NCBI GenBank assembly: GCA_038826135.1
Contig: JAWBON010000004.1
Location: 5,159 to 37,158 of the forward strand
DNA length: 32,000 nucleotides
Source of the DNA: Candidatus Odinarchaeota archaeon
GTDB lineage: Archaea > Asgardarchaeota > Odinarchaeia > Odinarchaeales > Odinarchaeaceae
Direction: 5' to 3'
Both the position numbers and the translations under genes were made by a program. Positions 26,893 through 32,000 of the stretch are shown here, one piece after another. Below the pieces are notes generated by a model. It made no database searches, had not been told where the DNA came from, and saw only the letters and a program-made list of their open reading frames with translations. How positions within the stretch are numbered: position 1 is the stretch's first letter; every line of letters starts with the position of its first letter.

Positions 26893-27652
26893 TGGTCCGC
26901 TTAGCTATTAAAGCCGCACTTATACCGGCTGAAATACCATTATCAATGTTAACAACAACCAGCCCGGTTGAACATGATTGAAGCATAGAATATAACGCAG
27001 CTTCCCCCCCGCCACCAGCCCCATAACCTGTGGATACAGGCACACCTATTACCGGTATATCCACCAGCCCCGCAACCACGGAGGCTAAAGCACCCTCCAT
27101 GCCAGCGGCTACTACAAGACAGGCAGCGTCCTCTTCAATTACTTTTTTCAAGAACGGAAAAAGCCGGTGAATACCTGCAACACCTATATCATACGCGGCG
27201 ATAACCCTGCAATTCATATACTCCAAGATCATTCTACACTCTTCAGCCACGGGGATATCACTGGTTCCGGCGGTTATTACACCTACAACCGGTTTCTTAT
27301 CAACCACACTAGGATGATTATTGAAAACTATTATCATTCTAGCTTTATCATTTAAAACAAGTTTTTCAGCTGGAAAATGAACTTTTACAGCTTCAAATTG
27401 TTCCTTATTCAAGCGGGAAACTATTATATCCCTCTTCTTAGAGTCTAGAACACGCATAATCTCTATTAGATCATCTGTGGTCTTACCCTCTGCAAGTATT
27501 ATCTCCGCAATTCCTTTACGAATAACCCTATTAATGTCAATAGCAGCTATCTGACCTATTCTTTCAACAGCGTCAGCTTTCAAAAGCTTCTCCGCTTCCT
27601 CCAAAGATATTTGATTTCGCTTAACCTTTTCTAAAATTTCTCTAATACTCAT
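26885..27652 (-). CDS. larB: Nickel-pincer cofactor biosynthesis protein LarB
   Basis: IILAEGKT, AGTSDIPVAEE, AGMEGALASVVAG, PVSTGYG and VNIDNG motifs. Confidence 0.92.
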   Translation of the reverse strand: MSIREILEKVKRNQISLEEAEKLLKADAVERIGQIAAIDINRVIRKGIAEIILAEGKTTDDLIEIMRVLDSKKRDIIVSRLNKEQFEAVKVHFPAEKLVLNDKARMIIVFNNHPSVVDKKPVVGVITAGTSDIPVAEECRMILEYMNCRVIAAYDIGVAGIHRLFPFLKKVIEEDAACLVVAAGMEGALASVVAGLVDIPVIGVPVSTGYGAGGGGEAALYSMLQSCSTGLVVVNIDNGISAGISAALIAKRTIK

Positions 27653-27712
27653 AATTCACCACTAAATTTTTTATTTATAATTGAATAAATTATAGGGGAT
27701 AATCTAGGAAGT

Positions 27713-29008
27713 TTGAAGATGAGTCACGGTAAGATACTTTTCATCGACACAAGTTTAAGCGGCCTATCAGGTGACATGTTACTCTCCGCATTCCTTGACA
27801 TGGGATTCACCGAGGAGACGTTATATAATATATTCTCAATAATAAATAAGAATTATCCATCCCCTTTCTTTAAAGAGTTTAAAACTGTTTCAATAAAAAG
27901 AGAGGGAATAGCCGCTAAAATGCTGATCACAAAGATACTGGATAACACAAATCTTTTACAAACAGATGATTTCAAAGAAATATTATCTAAATCTCTTGAA
28001 AATATTAACTTGAAAGATGTGTACAGAGATTACGCTTTGAAAGTTGCTGAAACATTAATTAGCTCCGAGAAAACTGTACATAAATCTGACACTGAAAACA
28101 CACATCTACACGAGTTATCCTCCCCGGACACGTTATTCGATATTCTAGGAGTCTCAGCAGCCCTCCAGTATTTTTCAATACTAGAGGAAGCTGATATCTA
28201 TGCTACACCTCTACCAGTAGGAGGGGGAACGGTTAAATTTTCACATGGTGTTTTAAACGTTCCCGCTCCAGCCGTGTTAGAAATCCTTAGAGAATACGCT
28301 ATCCCGTTTCATTTCGGTCCAGTTAAGGAGGAGATTTTAACACCTACAGGTGCAGCGCTTTTAGCTAATTTAAACCCGGTATTCAAAGAGATCCCGGTAA
28401 ACATGGTGGTGGAGTCGAAAGGATATGGTGCTGGAAACCGGGCTATTAACAATTTCCCGAACATTCTGAGATTAATAATAGCTAGTAGAGCAGACCTTAA
28501 AGCCGCAGGTCCCCTTGAAACCGATTTCGCAATAGTGCTTGAAACAAATTTAGATGATGTTTCAGGTGAACAGATCGGTTACGCTATTGAAAAACTTATG
28601 AAAGCAGGGGCTTTAGATGTTTCCGTGACCCCGGCTTTCATGAAAAAAGGAAGGTTAGGATACATTGTAAAAGTAATATGTCCTGTCAAAGCCGAGGGGG
28701 AAATGGTTTCAGCCATGTTTAATTACACAAATACTCTCGGCGTTAGGCGCTCCGTTTCTTTACGATATAAGCTTAGAAGAGAGATTGAAACGGTGAAGGT
28801 GAAGATTAAAGGGGAAACATTTACTGTAAGAGTTAAAAAAATCTATAGCCATGAAGGTATAATAAGGTATAAACCTGAGTTTGACGATATCTCTATGATT
28901 TCAGAGAAGGTTAAACTCCCTTTAAATGATGTTTTAACTATTGTAAACAGGCTGGTTGATCAAACACTCCGCCGAACAGATTTTATAAATCAAGATTCTG
29001 GTTTATAA
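27713..29008 (+). CDS. larC: Nickel-pincer cofactor biosynthesis protein LarC (Ni insertase)
   Basis: GLSGDM, HLHE, PAPA, TPTGAA, GYGAG, ETNLDD, MKKGR and TLGVR motifs. Start may be ATG 27719. Confidence 0.92.
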   Translation: MKMSHGKILFIDTSLSGLSGDMLLSAFLDMGFTEETLYNIFSIINKNYPSPFFKEFKTVSIKREGIAAKMLITKILDNTNLLQTDDFKEILSKSLENINLKDVYRDYALKVAETLISSEKTVHKSDTENTHLHELSSPDTLFDILGVSAALQYFSILEEADIYATPLPVGGGTVKFSHGVLNVPAPAVLEILREYAIPFHFGPVKEEILTPTGAALLANLNPVFKEIPVNMVVESKGYGAGNRAINNFPNILRLIIASRADLKAAGPLETDFAIVLETNLDDVSGEQIGYAIEKLMKAGALDVSVTPAFMKKGRLGYIVKVICPVKAEGEMVSAMFNYTNTLGVRRSVSLRYKLRREIETVKVKIKGETFTVRVKKIYSHEGIIRYKPEFDDISMISEKVKLPLNDVLTIVNRLVDQTLRRTDFINQDSGL

Positions 29009-29954
29009 TGCTCCAACGGATTTTCTCCTCTTTGACATGTTGAGAACGCGATTTTTGAATATAACCCGCCTCTTCCAAAAACTCCAGTATTTTTAAAATT
29101 GTCGAGTGATTTTCCAATTTCGAAATATGACTATCCCATTTAACATTAAAACATTTAAAAACATAGTTTTCTATCTCTAATACATCAGCTTCGATATGTA
29201 AAGTAAGATAGTCTAAAACAGCTGTCCGCCAACATTTTTGGATCTCTAAAGCCTCGCTTATACTCTCATCTATATTTGACATAACAGGGATATCATGCGC
29301 TTGACATATTATCTTAGGTTGAAGTTCCCTGAAAATTTCTAAAGCATACTCCCTTTTTGAAACCGAACCGGTTCTATCAATCATAATCATATTTCTATTA
29401 TTAGGGTGGCAGTATAATTCATCCCCTGAAAAGAGAATATCATCGCCAGGAATCCAGTAACAGAGATGGCCGTTACAGTGACCCCCAGATTCCACTACAA
29501 TAATTTTTTCTCCACCTAAATTTATTAAATTCCTATGTTCGAGCAGTCGCCCGGCTTTTAAAGATTTAAAATTAACACTAATTCCTTTATGTCGAAGTAG
29601 AAGATTATAGTTCTTACTTAAGTTAAAACTTTTCACAAGAATTTCTTCAAAATTTGCTAACATATCCGCTGTCACACGGCTGCAGCAGACAGTCGCGCCT
29701 GTTTTCCCGCTAAGCCAGTTAAGACCGCCTAATATATCCGGATGCGCGTGAGTTAACAAAATATATTTTATATCTTTTAAATCTCTATTAGCATGGTGGA
29801 GAGCTTCTATTATACTCCTCGGTTGGGCGGTTAAACCTGCATCTACAAGTATAACCTGTTCTCCCAGAATTAGATAACTATTAGAGAACCCGATATCACT
29901 CCGGTAATCCTCATAAACTCTTAAAACTTTAGGGGTTATATATTCGTAGACCAT
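28983..29954 (-). CDS. Metallo-beta-lactamase-fold hydrolase with degenerate metal motif and C-terminal winged-helix-like domain
   Basis: SNSYLI, LVDAG, THAHPDI, GHCNGH, FSGDE and QAH motifs. Confidence 0.82.
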   Translation of the reverse strand: MVYEYITPKVLRVYEDYRSDIGFSNSYLILGEQVILVDAGLTAQPRSIIEALHHANRDLKDIKYILLTHAHPDILGGLNWLSGKTGATVCCSRVTADMLANFEEILVKSFNLSKNYNLLLRHKGISVNFKSLKAGRLLEHRNLINLGGEKIIVVESGGHCNGHLCYWIPGDDILFSGDELYCHPNNRNMIMIDRTGSVSKREYALEIFRELQPKIICQAHDIPVMSNIDESISEALEIQKCWRTAVLDYLTLHIEADVLEIENYVFKCFNVKWDSHISKLENHSTILKILEFLEEAGYIQKSRSQHVKEEKIRWSIINQNLDL

Positions 29955-30122
29955 AAATTGAACCTCTCCCTACTATTTCACTCAAGTTATACTTTTAACC
30001 TATAATCTCCATTATATGTATATCAGTCTTCAACTAGAATATATATACGGGGAATATATGTCTTTAACGCAAAGACGGGGAACATCGGTTAATATTGGTT
30101 AGAAATTGTTTAAGAGAGTGAT

Positions 30123-31802
30123 GTGATGGTTTACCCTGAATTAATAGATAAGGGAACAATAAATATAAAAATAGATGATATAGAAAAGAGGAAGCCTCTC
30201 TCAAAGGAGGATGAACTTCATTTTAAAGGTGTTTCAGTAGGTGTAACCTACAGCTTCAACCTCTGGGTGAGTGAAAAACACAGGGGGAGGTACGGTTCAA
30301 GATATTTATACGGGGATAAATTTATAGATTTTAATTCCGGTCCTTTTAACAGTGAAAGACTTGAAAAAAAACTAGAAAATATGTTATACTGGAAAGAGGA
30401 TAAAATAGAACTTCTAAAAAAAATATCAGGTTCAAACTGGGGTATTTACTGGTCCGGTGTTACCGGTGGCCAGGATAGGGTTGACAGAATACTTTTCTCA
30501 GAAACTTATTTAAATAACACACCGTTTATACATTTTGAACTGGAACCTATTGAAATAATCAACCCATTATCTCTTAAAGCATACGATACTACGGTTAACG
30601 ATTGGAAGACTACAGGCAACAGTGTTAAAGGCTATATTAGAAGACTTCTAACAGTTTACAGGTGCGGGTTTATAAATTTAACATATTTTTTGATTTTAAG
30701 CTCTGTTAGAAAAGAGTGGCTGGATAGAGTACCCCATTTAACTGTGAAACAGGGTTTAACAGTCGATGAATTAATCTTTATTTTAATAAAGAAATTAAAA
30801 GGTTTTAAACCTAGAATAGGTGAGAAGACGAATTTAGACCAGCAGGCTATAACCGACTTTATAGAGATAATCGGTAAAATTTATGATTTAGATGAACAGG
30901 AAAGTAAGAGTATTATTGATTATTTAGTGGATAAAACATCTATTAACTACTATTCGATATGTATATGGGATGTAGAGTGTAAATGTGAAGAGAAGCATTT
31001 GAATGCTGTAGATATTATCAGAAACCATCCTTGGGAGATATACGGGTTAAGAGGACCTGACAGGCAGTGGATGAATAGAAAATCAGAATATATAATTGAT
31101 TCAGTTTCAGACTGGTTTAACCCCTATTCAGACATAGTGTTTAAACCTTTCCCACGAGTACATGTTGAGGTAACATTCCCTCTTATAAGACGCAGATCAC
31201 TTATCTCGATGGGTCCTTTTTCACCCCCTCAAAGACTCTGGGAGTTGAGAATTGTACAAGAGAAGGTTTTAAGAACATTTAACAAAATGCTTAGCGAGGA
31301 GACTTCTAAACTTTCAAAAACACTTAAAGTTGAGGATTTAATTGAAACTGTTAAGAATGTTACAAGTATTAGAAGAAGAATCATAGGTGTCTTAGAAGAT
31401 TTATACTGGTTGTCTAATAACATCAACCATATACCTGATAGAAATTATCTAAATTACACTCAAGCAGTGGCTGGCTTAAATAATATGAAGAACACGCTCT
31501 TCGAGAAAATAAACCATTTAGTGGAGATATCTAGAGATGAGACTAATATAGCCAATCTAGATGTAGGTTCAAGAATGAGTCTGATAAGAACATACGCTTC
31601 TGTGCTCAGCATATTTTTAGCAACCATAATTACACTGGCGAATTCGCTTTCTAACATTTATATCTGGATGCTGGGGCCTAGACCGGAAGTGCTGACACTA
31701 CCAGAGCAGCTTATGATAATCTTACAAATATTCGGGTTAAACGCCGCTTTCCTAGTGCCTGTTATTATAATAATATGGAGAATATTCAAGAAATTTAAGT
31801 AG
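30123..31802 (+). CDS. Hypothetical protein: large soluble region, helical bundle and two C-terminal TM helices (distantly CorA/RMD1-like architecture)
   Basis: 559-aa ORF with amphipathic helices before two hydrophobic segments and a basic tail; no GMN motif. Confidence 0.55.
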   Translation: MMVYPELIDKGTINIKIDDIEKRKPLSKEDELHFKGVSVGVTYSFNLWVSEKHRGRYGSRYLYGDKFIDFNSGPFNSERLEKKLENMLYWKEDKIELLKKISGSNWGIYWSGVTGGQDRVDRILFSETYLNNTPFIHFELEPIEIINPLSLKAYDTTVNDWKTTGNSVKGYIRRLLTVYRCGFINLTYFLILSSVRKEWLDRVPHLTVKQGLTVDELIFILIKKLKGFKPRIGEKTNLDQQAITDFIEIIGKIYDLDEQESKSIIDYLVDKTSINYYSICIWDVECKCEEKHLNAVDIIRNHPWEIYGLRGPDRQWMNRKSEYIIDSVSDWFNPYSDIVFKPFPRVHVEVTFPLIRRRSLISMGPFSPPQRLWELRIVQEKVLRTFNKMLSEETSKLSKTLKVEDLIETVKNVTSIRRRIIGVLEDLYWLSNNINHIPDRNYLNYTQAVAGLNNMKNTLFEKINHLVEISRDETNIANLDVGSRMSLIRTYASVLSIFLATIITLANSLSNIYIWMLGPRPEVLTLPEQLMIILQIFGLNAAFLVPVIIIIWRIFKKFK

Positions 31803-31998
31803 GAGACGACTCGAAAAACCCTACCAGTCTAGATATACCTTCTTTCAACTCCTCGTCCGGGATAGCATAACAGATTCTAAAATTGTATTCAGATCCTTTT
31901 CCGAAGATTGCTCCTGGTGTGACGGCTACGTGCGCCTTATTTAAAAGCTCAATTGACAGCGTCTCCGAGTTAACGCATTCTGAGTCACGTGGGAAAAG
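31795..31998 (-). CDS. C-terminal fragment of a class I/II PLP-dependent aminotransferase (continues beyond the window)
   Basis: Manual translation, absent from the ORF track: ...ELLNKAHVAVTPGAIFGKGSEYNFRICYAIPDEELKEGISRL...SPT*. Confidence 0.85.
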   Translation of the reverse strand, partial: LFPRDSECVNSETLSIELLNKAHVAVTPGAIFGKGSEYNFRICYAIPDEELKEGISRLVGFFESSPT

Positions 31999-32000
31999 CT

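Noticed and set aside
20796-31657. ORFs 20796-21092, 23577-23909, 24150-24374, 25573-25854, 26376-26594, 27167-27355, 31229-31426 and 31460-31657
   Set aside because: Antisense shadows of real genes; composition mirrors the sense codons.
1-32000. tRNA/rRNA genes, CRISPR arrays, transposases, integrases, terminal repeats
   Set aside because: None recognised by eye; intergenic gaps are short and AT-rich. tRNAscan-SE and Infernal were not run, so small ncRNAs are not excluded.

Overview
An AT-rich, gene-dense archaeal chromosomal window. TBP, a group II chaperonin, Rpo6, eL33 and GGAGG/GGTG Shine-Dalgarno (SD) motifs mark it as archaeal. Two longin-type proteins, one with a DENN/folliculin-like segment, point to Asgard archaea, possibly Odinarchaeia (inference). 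About 30 real genes: information-processing genes (thermosome, rpoK, eL33, tbp), metabolism (core MetE, URO-D-like protein, LeuA, radical SAM plus flavodoxin, HAD, MBL, larB/larC, a partial aminotransferase), metal transport (corA, feoAB, DtxR with a palindromic operator), a glycosylated surface protein, a divergent pelF/pelG pair and a longin/PAC2/SCP2/longin cluster. No rRNA, tRNA, CRISPR array or mobile element was recognised. Strongest leads: (1) leuA has no in-frame canonical start; an SD-led leader, MAWRNIF-L-L-stop-stop, must shift +1 at UUU-CUC-CUU-UGA to reach the catalytic frame, suggesting leucine-sensing frameshifting unless it is a homopolymer error. (2) A Pel-like exopolysaccharide module with no pelD/E/A in the window, a SHOCT-like insert in PelG and two unknown downstream genes. 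(3) A longin-DENN-winged-helix protein in an ESP-like operon. All family calls are by eye from motifs; no searches were run.
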